64,000 nucleotides of DNA from an uncultured bacterium (GTDB lineage: Bacteria > Acidobacteriota > HRBIN11 > JAKEFK01): positions 160,001-224,000 of the forward strand of contig CAVZQN010000006.1 of NCBI GenBank assembly GCA_963777505.1, in the 5' to 3' direction. Both the position numbers and the translations under genes were made by a program. Each line of letters starts with the position of its first letter. Position 1 is the first letter of the stretch. This document shows positions 10,388-20,759 of this stretch, one piece after another. The notes beneath the pieces are model-generated. The model saw nothing but the letters and a program-made list of their open reading frames with translations, was not told the origin of the DNA and did no database searches.

Positions 10388-11599
10388 TCAGATTGCGTCG
10401 ACCTCTTCTTCTTTGGGGAGTTCCTGGATTCGTACTCTATGAATTCGGCGTTTGTCTGCTTCCAAAATTTCGAGTTTCACATTTTTGTATTGTACGACTT
10501 CACCAACCATTGGAATTCTTCCAAGTATTGAAAAAATCAAACCGCTTACTGTTTCAAAATCTTCTTCCGGAGCTTCTACTTCAAATATTTCTTCAAATTT
10601 TTCGATCGGAAATTTTCCAGTAACGATTGTTGTTCCATCCTTTTCCTTATGATATTCAAGCGGCACTTCATCATGTTCGTCACCGATTTCACCGACAATC
10701 TCTTCGAGCAAATCTTCCAGTGTTACAAGGCCTGAAGTTCCACCATATTCATCAATAACGATAGCCATTTGAGAATGAGATTCACGGAATTCCCGGAGGA
10801 GCGTAAATACTTTTTTTGTTTCGGGCACGAACATCGCTGGACGCATGATGCTCGTCACAGCTGTGGACGTATCATATTTCGGCATAACGCTCACAAGGTC
10901 CATTACACTGGCGATGCCAACAATGTTGTCCACTTTCTCTTTAAATACTGGAAGACGGCTAAACTTATGTTCCTTAAACATATGGTGCAATTCATTGAGA
11001 CTCGCCGAAGCTGAAACGGCCACCATATCGACTCGCGGTGTCATAACCTCTTTCACAGTCGTATCACCAATTGTGCTGATTGCGCGCAAAAGATCGCCTT
11101 TAAATTCCTCCGATTCAACCTCTGCTTCTTCGACTTCGGTTTTAGGTTTCTCAACAATGGCTTCTTGAACTTTGTGAAATCGAGGCATCGATTTCGCAAG
11201 GAGCCAGAAAAGCGGATAAAAAATGTAGCTGAATACCTGGGCAACTCCTTTGAAAAATGGAATTGAAAATCGGCGGTACATCCATTCCGGCAGGAGAAAA
11301 AGCAAAATAATAATCCCGGCAAGAGAAACGCTTGCGACAGCTGGTCCAAACGGAGCCGTTGAATGCTGGACAATCAAAAGAATGGGAATTACAAACAATA
11401 ACCTGGAAAACGACATGATCGCAGTCAAGCTTTCCGGATCAGACGTCATATTTGAAAGAGGCGGTAATTTATATTCAACGGCTTCGAGACATTGGGTAAG
11501 CATGGATACGGCATCACGTGCGATTAATGAAAAGCTCAAATATCCCAAGAAACTTAAAAGACAAACTACAATAAGCCAGAAAGATTCAATCCATTCCAT
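10388..11599 (-). CDS. CNNM/TlyC/CorC-family membrane protein with CBS pair and CorC_HlyC domain
   Basis: N-terminal TMs; VKEVMTPRVDM, FSRLPV, IVIDEYGGTSGLVTLEDLLEEIVGEI, ETVSGLI. Confidence 0.9.
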   Translation of the reverse strand: MEWIESFWLIVVCLLSFLGYLSFSLIARDAVSMLTQCLEAVEYKLPPLSNMTSDPESLTAIMSFSRLLFVIPILLIVQHSTAPFGPAVASVSLAGIIILLFLLPEWMYRRFSIPFFKGVAQVFSYIFYPLFWLLAKSMPRFHKVQEAIVEKPKTEVEEAEVESEEFKGDLLRAISTIGDTTVKEVMTPRVDMVAVSASASLNELHHMFKEHKFSRLPVFKEKVDNIVGIASVMDLVSVMPKYDTSTAVTSIMRPAMFVPETKKVFTLLREFRESHSQMAIVIDEYGGTSGLVTLEDLLEEIVGEIGDEHDEVPLEYHKEKDGTTIVTGKFPIEKFEEIFEVEAPEEDFETVSGLIFSILGRIPMVGEVVQYKNVKLEILEADKRRIHRVRIQELPKEEEVDAI

Positions 11600-11647
11600 A
11601 GGCGAATTATGAACGATGAAAGATGAACGATGAAAGAAGTCTCAGCT

Positions 11648-12127
11648 TCATCGTTGAACAACTAATCGATTGTTGTTAATTACTTTTTTTCGGAGTTTAG
11701 ACTCGAGATGGTCCATTTGGCCTTGATCGGTTTCATGATCGTATCCCATTAAATGCAAAATTCCATGTAAGGTGAGCACCTGCAATTCTTTATCCACTAA
11801 ATGTCCTGCAGCCTCGGCGTTTTCACGGGCTTTATCAACACAAATTAGAATATCTCCAAGATAAAATTTGTTGTCTTCAACATATTCATTGACAGGAAAA
11901 GACAGCACGTCAGTAGCATAATCCTTTTTTCGATACTTCTTATTGTACTGCTGCATTTGTTTCAAATTCAGGAATACCACAGTAACTTCGGTTTCGGCAG
12001 TTTGTTTGATTCCGATATGGTGAATTGCATTCCACGCCTTTTGAGTAAACCGGCGCATCCTTTCGGAATCAATTTGCCATTTTCTCTGGTAGCTCCTGAG
12101 AGTCACCAGAATCTTTGGCTTTATCAT
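11648..12127 (-). CDS. ybeY: rRNA maturation endoribonuclease YbeY
   Basis: TDVLSFP, LGDILI, HGILHLMGYDH; probable ATG at 12127. Confidence 0.94.
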   Translation of the reverse strand: MIKPKILVTLRSYQRKWQIDSERMRRFTQKAWNAIHHIGIKQTAETEVTVVFLNLKQMQQYNKKYRKKDYATDVLSFPVNEYVEDNKFYLGDILICVDKARENAEAAGHLVDKELQVLTLHGILHLMGYDHETDQGQMDHLESKLRKKVINNNRLVVQR

Positions 12128-14384
12128 CGCGGTTGAATTCGTAACCGGGATAGGCAATCCGATGGTGGAAAACACTTTCTAGTTTGCGAACGAATGCATC
12201 GGCAATTTGATTGAGGTCTTTCATCGTCAGGTTCGATTCATCAAGCTGACTATCTTCAAAGATCGCCCGGAAAATGGTATCTACCAGATTTCTCAAACGC
12301 GCAGGACTTGGTTCCGTTAACGTTCGCGATGCTGCTTCCGTTGCATCCGCAAGCATTAATATGGCGCCTTCTTTTGATTGAGGCTTAGGGCCGGGATACC
12401 GGTAATCTTCTTCCTTTACGACCTCAATTTCCGGATTTTCCATATCTTTCGCTTTTTTGTAGAAATATGTAATCAGCCTTGTGCCGTGATGTTGAGGAAT
12501 CATTCCAACGATATCGGATGGAAGACGCAGCATTTTTGCAACTTCAAGCCCTTCCTTAACATGGTTAATGATAACAAGAGCACTCATTCTTGGATTCAAA
12601 GTATCGTGCTTGTTCGCTTCACGCTGATTTTCAACGTAGTATTCAGATTTCCTGATTTTGCCAATATCGTGATACAACGCTGCAACACGCAAGAACAGCG
12701 GATTTGCTCCGACCTTCACTGCAGCTGCTTCGGCAATTGTTCCCATCACAATGCTGTGGTGATACGTTCCGGGAGCCTCAAGCGCAAGTTGACGTAATAC
12801 TGGAAGATCCAAATTGCTGAGCTCCAATAGCTTGATATCTGTTGTGATGTTGAATGCCCATTCAAGTATTGGAGAAGTCACAGATACGATGGCTACGGTC
12901 AGAACTGCTGATAATAAAGTGCATGCAGTTAAGAAAGCCACTTCGTTCCAGCTCAAGCTTGATTCCCGGATTAAATAAATTGTAAAAACCGTAAGAAGAC
13001 TTGCTAGCCAGATTTTGAGTCCGCTTCGAAGCAGTGCCGAACGCTGATAGTAGCGCGTGATGCTAAAGGCTGCGGCAATACCGGCTGCGAGTGAATAAAA
13101 CAGAAGATAGAAATCTCCGCGGGTGAGCACTCCTACAAGCAGCGAAAGGCCGAAAGTATAAATCGTTGCAATCGCCCTATCAGTCAGGATTGTTAGAAGT
13201 AAGGCGCCGACTGCGAATGGTATTGCAATTTGATAAGCAAATACGATGCTGAGCGGCGGAGTGGCAAACGAAGTTGAAAGGGATGTCGCAATAAGCAATC
13301 CAAGTTTTACAAGAGCAAGGTTTGCAACCAGCACAATTCCGAAAAGCAGAAATAAGGATTTATCACGCAGTTTTATGTCAGCATATTGATGCGAACGCAA
13401 ATATTTCTGAAATGAAATAAGAAAGATTGCGAGTAGAAGCAGAATTCCAATTGCGTGGCGGATCGGAGGCCCCGAAGGATTCGCTCCTTCAATCACCTGT
13501 AATTGCGCAAGAATGGCTGGAGTAATTTCTTCACCATCACGAACAATAACTCTATTCTTTTTGATTTGGTAAAAGACCGGCTCGGTATTAAGCATGGCTG
13601 TACGAATTCGAGCCTGCGTTTCAGAGTTGTTGTTGTTAATTGTTGGGGCTACGAATCGAATCAAGAAATCGGTATAAAGTGAAGCCTCTCTTGCGCCGAG
13701 ATTTGGATCCGCTGAAAGTTCTCGCTTTAATATTTCCTGAACATCACGAACATCAAGAACTGAGGTTACTGCGAGGGTTTCTTCACGTTCTGTTTCCTGA
13801 TTCCTCACCGTCATTCCTTTTGAAGCAAGAAGAAACAAAACATTTCGATCGGTAATGATGTATTGAGACATCACCTTCTGTAACCTTTGTGAAAGCTTTT
13901 TTTCAAGATCTTCGCTGAAGTCGGCTCGTGATGCTGCAGATAAAAATGCCGGTTCAAGGGATAAGTTCAAACTTGAGCGCAGAGATTCAGCAAGCTCATT
14001 AAAATTTTGCGTCCGTTCTTGACTTCGCAGGAACACGAAAACTTCATGCATGCGAGAAATGGACGAATTCACCAGTGTTGGTTCGTAATCATAGACTGGC
14101 AAAATACGTTCTCGCGCTTCTTTTTGTTTGTGTTCTGTTGTATTGGAATCAGGTACTTGAATGTCGCGTGGTGCACGAACTGTCGCCTGCGCGATGTCCC
14201 CTAGCCTGTACTTTGGAATTGTAATTCCTGCCGGTGCCAGAAATAACAAAAGGATTACAGCTGCAAACAAGACTCCGTACCAAAAGTCTCTTGTTGAAAA
14301 AAGTTTCAGAATTTTCAGCCAGAGAAGTTTAGGCGCTGAGTTTTCTTTATCACCGGGTTGAAAAATATGAATTTTAGCTTTCAT
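12069..14384 (-). CDS. pgpH: 7TM-HD phosphohydrolase (PgpH-type c-di-AMP phosphodiesterase)
   Basis: Large extracytoplasmic domain, 7 TM helices, APGTYHHS, YHDIGK, QHHGT, YPGPKPQSKEGAILMLAD; phoH-X-ybeY context. Confidence 0.85.
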   Translation of the reverse strand: MKAKIHIFQPGDKENSAPKLLWLKILKLFSTRDFWYGVLFAAVILLLFLAPAGITIPKYRLGDIAQATVRAPRDIQVPDSNTTEHKQKEARERILPVYDYEPTLVNSSISRMHEVFVFLRSQERTQNFNELAESLRSSLNLSLEPAFLSAASRADFSEDLEKKLSQRLQKVMSQYIITDRNVLFLLASKGMTVRNQETEREETLAVTSVLDVRDVQEILKRELSADPNLGAREASLYTDFLIRFVAPTINNNNSETQARIRTAMLNTEPVFYQIKKNRVIVRDGEEITPAILAQLQVIEGANPSGPPIRHAIGILLLLAIFLISFQKYLRSHQYADIKLRDKSLFLLFGIVLVANLALVKLGLLIATSLSTSFATPPLSIVFAYQIAIPFAVGALLLTILTDRAIATIYTFGLSLLVGVLTRGDFYLLFYSLAAGIAAAFSITRYYQRSALLRSGLKIWLASLLTVFTIYLIRESSLSWNEVAFLTACTLLSAVLTVAIVSVTSPILEWAFNITTDIKLLELSNLDLPVLRQLALEAPGTYHHSIVMGTIAEAAAVKVGANPLFLRVAALYHDIGKIRKSEYYVENQREANKHDTLNPRMSALVIINHVKEGLEVAKMLRLPSDIVGMIPQHHGTRLITYFYKKAKDMENPEIEVVKEEDYRYPGPKPQSKEGAILMLADATEAASRTLTEPSPARLRNLVDTIFRAIFEDSQLDESNLTMKDLNQIADAFVRKLESVFHHRIAYPGYEFNRDDKAKDSGDSQELPEKMAN

Positions 14385-14419
14385 AGATTTTAAGAAATCA
14401 ATGACATCGGGATTGAGAG

Positions 14420-15421
14420 TTAAAGACTCTTAACGGGGAGTCCTTCGGATTCGTTTCTTTCGCGGGGCTTTTGGCCATTGCTGGTGTATTCATCATATGC
14501 GCGAATGATACTCTTGACCAATGGATGCCGGACTACATCGCGATCGCTGAAGTACTGAAATGCTATCAGGTCAACTCCTCCTAAGATTTGAACAGCTTCC
14601 TTTAAGCCTGAAGTTTTTCCAGGAGGTAGATCGATCTGTGTCACATCCCCCGTGATCACAGCTTTTGAGTTAAACCCTAAACGTGTCAAAAGCATCTTCA
14701 TTTGTTCTGAAGTTGTATTCTGCGCTTCGTCCAGAATGACGAAACTATCATTCAGGGTGCGTCCTCGCATAAATGCGATAGGAGCGATTTCGATCAACCC
14801 TTTTTCAAGGAAACGGGAAGCTTTGTCCAATTCCACTAAATCATAAAGCGCATCGTATAGCGGACGCAAATAGGGATTTACCTTCTCGAGGAGGTCCCCC
14901 GGTAAAAAGCCCAATCTTTCGCCGGCTTCAACGGCAGGACGGGTCAGGATGATCCGGCTTACAGTACGGTTGGTCAAATAGGAAAGTGCCATTGCCATGG
15001 CCAGATAGGTCTTTCCTGTACCTGCAGGTCCAATTCCAAAAACGAGATCATAATTCTGCATCGCCTCAATATACTGTTTCTGATTGAAGCTTTTTGGGTA
15101 TACATTTTTCTTGCTGGAAGGGATCACCTTGCTGGTAAGAAAAAACTTTTTTAAATCGAGCGCAGGATCCTGTTGAATCAATTCTCCGGCGGTTTTTACA
15201 TCAGCTGAGGCAAGAGTATAGCCGCTTTGAAGTAAATCGATGAATTGATTGATTATATTTTCGGCTTGTTGAACAGGAAGTTCATCTCCTTCTAAGAAGA
15301 TTTCATTTCCTCTCGCTGATACTTTAACAGGAAGAGTTTTCGCCAAAAGCTTCAAATTTTCATCAAGTCTGCCGACAAGAGGTTCGAAATATTCGTTTGG
15401 TACCGGAAGCTTACGCATCAT
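14420..15421 (-). CDS. phoH: PhoH family ATPase
   Basis: GPAGTGKTYLA, RPAVEAGERLGFLPGD, AFMRGRTL, DEAQN, GDVTQIDLP. Confidence 0.95.
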   Translation of the reverse strand: MMRKLPVPNEYFEPLVGRLDENLKLLAKTLPVKVSARGNEIFLEGDELPVQQAENIINQFIDLLQSGYTLASADVKTAGELIQQDPALDLKKFFLTSKVIPSSKKNVYPKSFNQKQYIEAMQNYDLVFGIGPAGTGKTYLAMAMALSYLTNRTVSRIILTRPAVEAGERLGFLPGDLLEKVNPYLRPLYDALYDLVELDKASRFLEKGLIEIAPIAFMRGRTLNDSFVILDEAQNTTSEQMKMLLTRLGFNSKAVITGDVTQIDLPPGKTSGLKEAVQILGGVDLIAFQYFSDRDVVRHPLVKSIIRAYDEYTSNGQKPRERNESEGLPVKSL

Positions 15422-15600
15422 TGGAAAGGAACTAAAACGAGTTGCATGAATTGCGGAATTGGTGAATTCTCACTGCCTTGTATCTTAACTCTGACCACCA
15501 TCGATGTCCACTATAAAATCGACCCTGCCTGGGGAATTGGGGATTGATTTGAATGGAGCATAGGGTTAGATTTGGGGAGATGATTTTTTGAGGAGGTTCA

Positions 15601-16113
15601 ATGGGCATTAGGCGTGTTGCGCTGTTCTTTGTGTTTTCTCTTGTCATATCGACGGCATGTTATGCCGGCGGCTTCGGATTAAACGTTTCTTACAATAAAT
15701 TTCAGTCATCCGATTTGGCGGATGAATTTGATCTTGAAGACGAGGGAGATTTTGGGCTTGGAGCTCGTAGCGAATTTGGCGGAAACCTGGCCCTTGTTCT
15801 TTCATTCGATTATTACTTCCCTGATGATGACATTGGTGATGTCACTTTTTATGAATTTAATGGAAATTTGATCTATAACTTCCCGACCGAATCAGTCCGT
15901 CCCTACATTGGCGGAGGTGCTGGCCTCTCGCGCGTCGCATTCGATAGCGATTTTTTTGATGATGATGCAAGCGAGTTAGGAATCAACATTCTCGGCGGAG
16001 TAAAGTTTGGATCAGGCGGAATCAACCCCTTTGGTGAAATCCGGTATGTTTTTTATTCCGATGATGAAAATTTCAACAACAGGCTCGTAATTTCCGGCGG
16101 AATTATTTTCTAA
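15601..16113 (+). CDS. Outer-membrane beta-barrel protein (8-stranded OmpA/OMP_b-brl-like)
   Basis: Signal peptide, RPYIGGGAG strand motif, C-terminal Phe; SD GAGGAGG upstream. Confidence 0.8.
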   Translation: MGIRRVALFFVFSLVISTACYAGGFGLNVSYNKFQSSDLADEFDLEDEGDFGLGARSEFGGNLALVLSFDYYFPDDDIGDVTFYEFNGNLIYNFPTESVRPYIGGGAGLSRVAFDSDFFDDDASELGINILGGVKFGSGGINPFGEIRYVFYSDDENFNNRLVISGGIIF

Positions 16114-16139
16114 TTTTTAACCCCAGAGACATATAACTA

Positions 16140-16562
16140 TCAAAACGGGACGTCTTCGTCTCCGGATACACCAGGCTCAGGAGGCAGTGAATCCAGTGGG
16201 ACCTCCCCGGGTTCCATTTCTGGGCTTGCTGCTTTTCGATCCAGTAGTGCAATATTATTTGCTTGAATTTCCGTGATATAGCGTTTCACACCATCACGAT
16301 CTTCGTAGTTACGAGTCTGTAGTTTTCCTTCAACGTACAGCAAACTCCCCTTTTGAACGTATTCCTGACAGATTTCAGCAAGCTTTCTCCAGGCGACAAT
16401 TCGATGCCATTCAGTGCGTTCCTGTCGTTCTCCCGTATTGGAAGTCCAGCTTTCATTTGTAGCAAGACTGAAATTGGCTACTGGCGCGCCGCCCTGAGTG
16501 TAACGAACCTCTGGAGCACGCCCAACATGGCCGATCAAAATAACTTTATTGATCGATTTCAC
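16140..16562 (-). CDS. ssb: Single-stranded DNA-binding protein
   Basis: INKVILIG, TEWHRIVAW, C-terminal DEDVPF; GTG start with SD. Confidence 0.96.
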   Translation of the reverse strand: MKSINKVILIGHVGRAPEVRYTQGGAPVANFSLATNESWTSNTGERQERTEWHRIVAWRKLAEICQEYVQKGSLLYVEGKLQTRNYEDRDGVKRYITEIQANNIALLDRKAASPEMEPGEVPLDSLPPEPGVSGDEDVPF

Positions 16563-16625
16563 GATTCCTCCCTTTTCATCTTTTTTTTGCCGAAGAGTAT
16601 GCGGAGATCTCTGCGGGTTTATTTT

Positions 16626-17485
16626 TTATTCTAATCCGAGTTCAGCTAAACGCTGGCGCGCAATTTGGGCTTCCTTGGAACTTGGGAATCGCTGAACAAT
16701 CTGTTGCAGCTCTACCACACCCTGGCCCTTTTTACCGAGTTCAAATAATGAAAATGCTTTCTTTAAACGAGCACCAGGAACATTCGATGAATCTGGAAAT
16801 CTCTTCACGACTTTATCATATTCAGCAACGGCATCTACATATTCTTTCATCCCGTAATACGCTTCACCAATCATGAATTGCGCATCGTCAGCAAGCGTTG
16901 AGTTTGGATACTGATCCAATAAATCCTGAAACCCTCTTAAGGATTGCTCAAAATTACCTTTTGTATACTCCGCGCGTGATGCCTGGAAAATTTGTTGTTC
17001 ACCAACACTTCCCTGCACGGCGATTGGTGCAGGAGAATTCATTTGTGGCGAACTTCCCGGATTTGTTTCAGATGGTTCGTTATCCTCTTCTAGATTTTCA
17101 AGCTGCTGCTGTGCGACTCTGCAGGCGGTGTAAATTGCGGTCGAGATACAGCCGCTGAAGCCAGTTCGCGCATTCTGCGATTCGATTCTTCCACTTTTTC
17201 GTTTAAGGCTTGAAGCTGATTTAAGATTGTTTCCAGTTTTGAATTTAATGCTGCCTGGCTGGATCGGAGTTCGTCACTGGTTTTTTGAAGTTTTCCTGAA
17301 GTATCTTCAAGTTTTGTATTTCCTTCTTTTAATTGCTTTTCTAAACTCCAGAATTGCTGTTGAAGATCCAGTAAGTTTCGTTGAACTTGTGCGAGGTCTT
17401 CTTTTGTTCCGGCAAATGTATCCAATGCGAAAGCTACAAAGAACAGCGCCGCAATTATCCTTTTCATTCCCATTTTCCTTTTCAT
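16626..17485 (-). CDS. cpoB: Tol-Pal coordinator CpoB/YbgF (coiled coil + TPR), frameshifted near 17113
   Basis: A signal peptide + coiled-coil ORF (17090-17485) and a TPR ORF (16626-17042; YPNSTLADDAQFMIGEAYY) join if one base is added (GAG TCG C[C]A CAG CAG CAG CTT GAA...); follows pal. Confidence 0.85.
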
Positions 17486-17591
17486 CGTTTAGCACAAAGA
17501 CACGGAGAATTGTGTCGAGCTTCCAAAAAAATAACGGCGAGACGCGCCTCAACTAAGGCTCCGCCTCGCCTGGTGGACAAAAAAATTTATG

Positions 17592-18152
17592 TTACTGTTT
17601 GATTGCTACAAAATGCGCTCTACGATTTTGCTGCCACGCATCTTCACTATGACCTTCAGAAAATGGTTTACTTTCACCATAGCTGATTGTGTTAATGCGA
17701 TTATCAGCAATACCCAGACCAACTAGATAGTCTTTGGCAGTGCGCGCTCTGCGTTCACCCAGAGCGAGATTGTATTCTTCTGTGCCCCGTTCGTCGCAAT
17801 GACCTTCAACTAAAACGCTCACACGCGCATTCTGCTTTAATACACGCGCATTGTTTTGAAGCGCATTAATCTGATCTTCACGAACGTCTGATTTGTTGTA
17901 ATCATAAAAGACTGGCTGCAGTTGCCTCGTTATATCAGCAAGCACATTGTCTGTAATTTCAGTTTCATCAGGCTGTTGTACAACTGGAGGCGGTGGAGCT
18001 GTTCCACTTTGATCTTCAGTTATAGAACCTGGTGAAGTTGAAGGCGTCGGTTCAATTTCTATCTTTTGTTTCTTTTTACATGCTGCACCTGTAAATGCAA
18101 TGCAGATCATCAGTACAACAAATCCGAAGTAGCGTACGTGTCTCAAGTTCAT
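17592..18152 (-). CDS. pal: Peptidoglycan-associated lipoprotein Pal
   Basis: Lipobox AAC, VEGHCDERGTEEYNLALGERRA, ISYGESKP, NRRA; ATG 18152 with SD GGAGGG. Confidence 0.95.
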   Translation of the reverse strand: MNLRHVRYFGFVVLMICIAFTGAACKKKQKIEIEPTPSTSPGSITEDQSGTAPPPPVVQQPDETEITDNVLADITRQLQPVFYDYNKSDVREDQINALQNNARVLKQNARVSVLVEGHCDERGTEEYNLALGERRARTAKDYLVGLGIADNRINTISYGESKPFSEGHSEDAWQQNRRAHFVAIKQ

Positions 18153-18204
18153 TCCCTCCGTTTCTCCTAAACCCAACCGTTAAGTTATTCTTGAATATGA
18201 ATTT

Positions 18205-19506
18205 CTATTCTCCAGGTGCCCAGGATGGACTCGTATTGTTTCCATCCCGAGTTAACTGCCGGAGCTTCGTTCCATTAAAGAGCATTGACCAGACTTGATA
18301 TTTTCCAGTCCGATTTGATGCAAACGCAATATGTCTGCTATCAGGAGACCAGCATGGGTTTTCATTGCTTCCCTCACTTTGGGTAAGCCGCGTGACCACG
18401 TTGTTCCCCATGTCCACAACATATATATCAAAATTTATCCCCGAACGCGAGACATATGCTAGCTTTGTGCCATCAGGCGACCAGCCGGCTGATTCATTAT
18501 ATTCGCCTACATAAGTCAATCGCTGCTCGTTTGTTCCGTCATTATTCATGATATAAACCATCGGATTTCCGCTTCGATCCGACGTAAAAGCGATCTGTCC
18601 GCTCTTCGGATTCCACGCCGGAGAAGTGTCAATGGACCGGTTAAAAGTGACCTGTCGAAGGCCGGATCCATTCGCCGAAATGGTAAAAATTTCCGCATTG
18701 CCTTTGGCATTTGAAGTGAAAGCAATTTGACTTCCATCAGGTGACCACGCAGGAGCGGAGTTTAAAGTGCCGGAGGAAAATAATGTAAATTTCTTTCCAT
18801 CATAAATGTTGTATATAACCAACAATTGACCTGTTGATGCTTCTTCCGCACGGTACGTTGTATAAACAACACGTTTGCCATCTGGTGAAAGATCCGGAGA
18901 TAGATTGATGTTTTTACTTTTTGTTACTTGAGTCTGACCAAAGCCGTCATAATCCATTAACCATACTTCTCGATTTCCCGTTCGATCCGATGAAAATCCA
19001 AGTTTGGAAGTAAAGATTCCGCGAACTCCCCAGAGTCTGTATAAGATTTCATCACCAAAACGATGAGCAATCTGTCTTACATATTTGCGATCCCATTTAT
19101 AAACTTTACCAACTACTAATTGTTCAGATTGAACATCGTAGAAGCGCGCTTCAACATTGACTTGAGTTCCTTCCATCGCAACTTTCAGCAAGGCAACATA
19201 TTTTGCGCGTGAAGTCTTGTAATCGCCGATCTTGATTTGTCCATTAAAAGCAGGATAGCCGGCTGCATCTAACATTTCGAAGTAATCAGAGTTGTATAGA
19301 TCATTATTGAGAACCGTTGTCAGTTCTTCGGCGGAAGCGCCAGCATCGGCAGTTGCAACGAAAGGTTTTGGAATCATTGCCGGTATGACTTCAAATTCAC
19401 CCGTTATTTGTCCTGTGATTTTTGGCGGTTCCTGACCTGTTTGAGTCTGACTCATACCTGGAACAAGGACTGCAAGCAAAACAAGAAATCGTATCAACAA
19501 TTTCAT
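18205..19506 (-). CDS. tolB: Tol-Pal beta-propeller protein TolB
   Basis: Signal peptide; AHRFGDEI; repeated PD40 motifs (PAWSPDG, SDRSG). Confidence 0.94.
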   Translation of the reverse strand: MKLLIRFLVLLAVLVPGMSQTQTGQEPPKITGQITGEFEVIPAMIPKPFVATADAGASAEELTTVLNNDLYNSDYFEMLDAAGYPAFNGQIKIGDYKTSRAKYVALLKVAMEGTQVNVEARFYDVQSEQLVVGKVYKWDRKYVRQIAHRFGDEILYRLWGVRGIFTSKLGFSSDRTGNREVWLMDYDGFGQTQVTKSKNINLSPDLSPDGKRVVYTTYRAEEASTGQLLVIYNIYDGKKFTLFSSGTLNSAPAWSPDGSQIAFTSNAKGNAEIFTISANGSGLRQVTFNRSIDTSPAWNPKSGQIAFTSDRSGNPMVYIMNNDGTNEQRLTYVGEYNESAGWSPDGTKLAYVSRSGINFDIYVVDMGNNVVTRLTQSEGSNENPCWSPDSRHIAFASNRTGKYQVWSMLFNGTKLRQLTRDGNNTSPSWAPGE

Positions 19507-20324
19507 CTAAACTCCTCACGTGTGTATGTAAACGTTACGCGGAACGCCAGATCAGGTTCAAGCCATTGATTTGGAAGAGGTGGAAACGGTGCGGAACTTA
19601 AAACAGCACTTTCGGCAGAACGGTCCAACGTTGGAATTCCACTTCCGCGCTCAATTTTTACGTCTCGTACTTGTCCGGCACGCGTAATTATAAAAATTAC
19701 TACACAATTATATTGTTGGGGCGTGGTCTCCATGACATAGGGCTTTACCCATTTCAATTCAATCTTCTGCAAGACATTTTCTATATACCAGGGAAATGGA
19801 AAAGGTGTACCTCCCGCTCCAAATCCACCTGAGCCATCACCGGTCCCAGCTGTAGCGATTCCGAATTGACCGCTTCCACTGGTTCCAGACTTTCCGGAAT
19901 CTTTTTTCGTATCGGTTCCAGTACCAAACGGTCCTTCTGTTTTCCGGTCTTTTTGATTCAGTGTTGCCTTTTCGGTAGGTTCATCCTTCTTTGTTGGCTT
20001 TTCTTCCGGCAGCGTTAGCTTTGATTCGGGTTGCACTTCATCCGGTTCGGTAACTTTTTTAATTAATTTCGGCGGAGCTGGTTCTGTTTCTGCAACAGGT
20101 TTCGGAGAAGGTGGGCCTAATTTTCCTTTATTAAAATCTATTACGCCGATTACATTACCGCCGGTGCCGCCCGGCCCGCCATAAATATTTCTATCGCTCT
20201 TTGGAAGGATATAGGGTGCGACCAGGACAAAAAGCAAACCGATCGCGTGAGCAGCGATTGACATCACAAGCATAAAGGGAAACGAATTCTGAGGTTGACT
20301 GATTGCGATGCTCGAGTTGCTCAT
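19503..20324 (-). CDS. TolA/TonB-family energy transducer
   Basis: TM helix with SxxxH motif (SIAAHA), Pro/Gly-rich linker, TonB_C domain (SGIPTLDRSAESAV..APFPPLP); located between tolR and tolB. Confidence 0.85.
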   Translation of the reverse strand: MSNSSIAISQPQNSFPFMLVMSIAAHAIGLLFVLVAPYILPKSDRNIYGGPGGTGGNVIGVIDFNKGKLGPPSPKPVAETEPAPPKLIKKVTEPDEVQPESKLTLPEEKPTKKDEPTEKATLNQKDRKTEGPFGTGTDTKKDSGKSGTSGSGQFGIATAGTGDGSGGFGAGGTPFPFPWYIENVLQKIELKWVKPYVMETTPQQYNCVVIFIITRAGQVRDVKIERGSGIPTLDRSAESAVLSSAPFPPLPNQWLEPDLAFRVTFTYTREEFR

Positions 20325-20758
20325 TTCCTTTTCTTCTTTTTTGTCTCTTCGCGCGGCGTTTCTGTAACCAATCCAACCGTTGGAACTCCGGCTCTTTTTA
20401 TTTGATCCATCGTCTGCATTACTATTCCGTATTCTAATTTCTGATCAGCCCTTAAAAATACAGCATCAGGATTTTTCATTTTTGCCGTACGTTTTTGAAT
20501 CTGTTCGCGAAGATCCTCCATCGGTATTTGGACGTCATCAATGAAGACTTTGCCGTCTTTACCGACAGAAACAACTAATCTTTCTTCATTTTCTGCTGTT
20601 TGAGTTGCCGTTCTTGGAAGATCGACATCAATACCACGCTGCATCATTGGCGCAGTAACCATGAAGATGATCAAAAGTACGAGTACAACATCAACCAGTG
20701 GAGTGACATTGATGTCCGCCATCGCGGAGCCAAATTTGCGGTCTGCAGTGAAAGCCAT
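20321..20758 (-). CDS. tolR: TolR/ExbD
   Basis: INVTPLVDVVLVLLIIFMVTAP, LRADQKLEYG. Confidence 0.92.
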   Translation of the reverse strand: MAFTADRKFGSAMADINVTPLVDVVLVLLIIFMVTAPMMQRGIDVDLPRTATQTAENEERLVVSVGKDGKVFIDDVQIPMEDLREQIQKRTAKMKNPDAVFLRADQKLEYGIVMQTMDQIKRAGVPTVGLVTETPREETKKKKRK

Positions 20759-20759
20759 A

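Noticed and set aside
15432-15647. 71 aa ORF between phoH and the beta-barrel gene
   Set aside because: No motif, overlaps a well-supported gene on the other strand, and spans a divergent promoter region.
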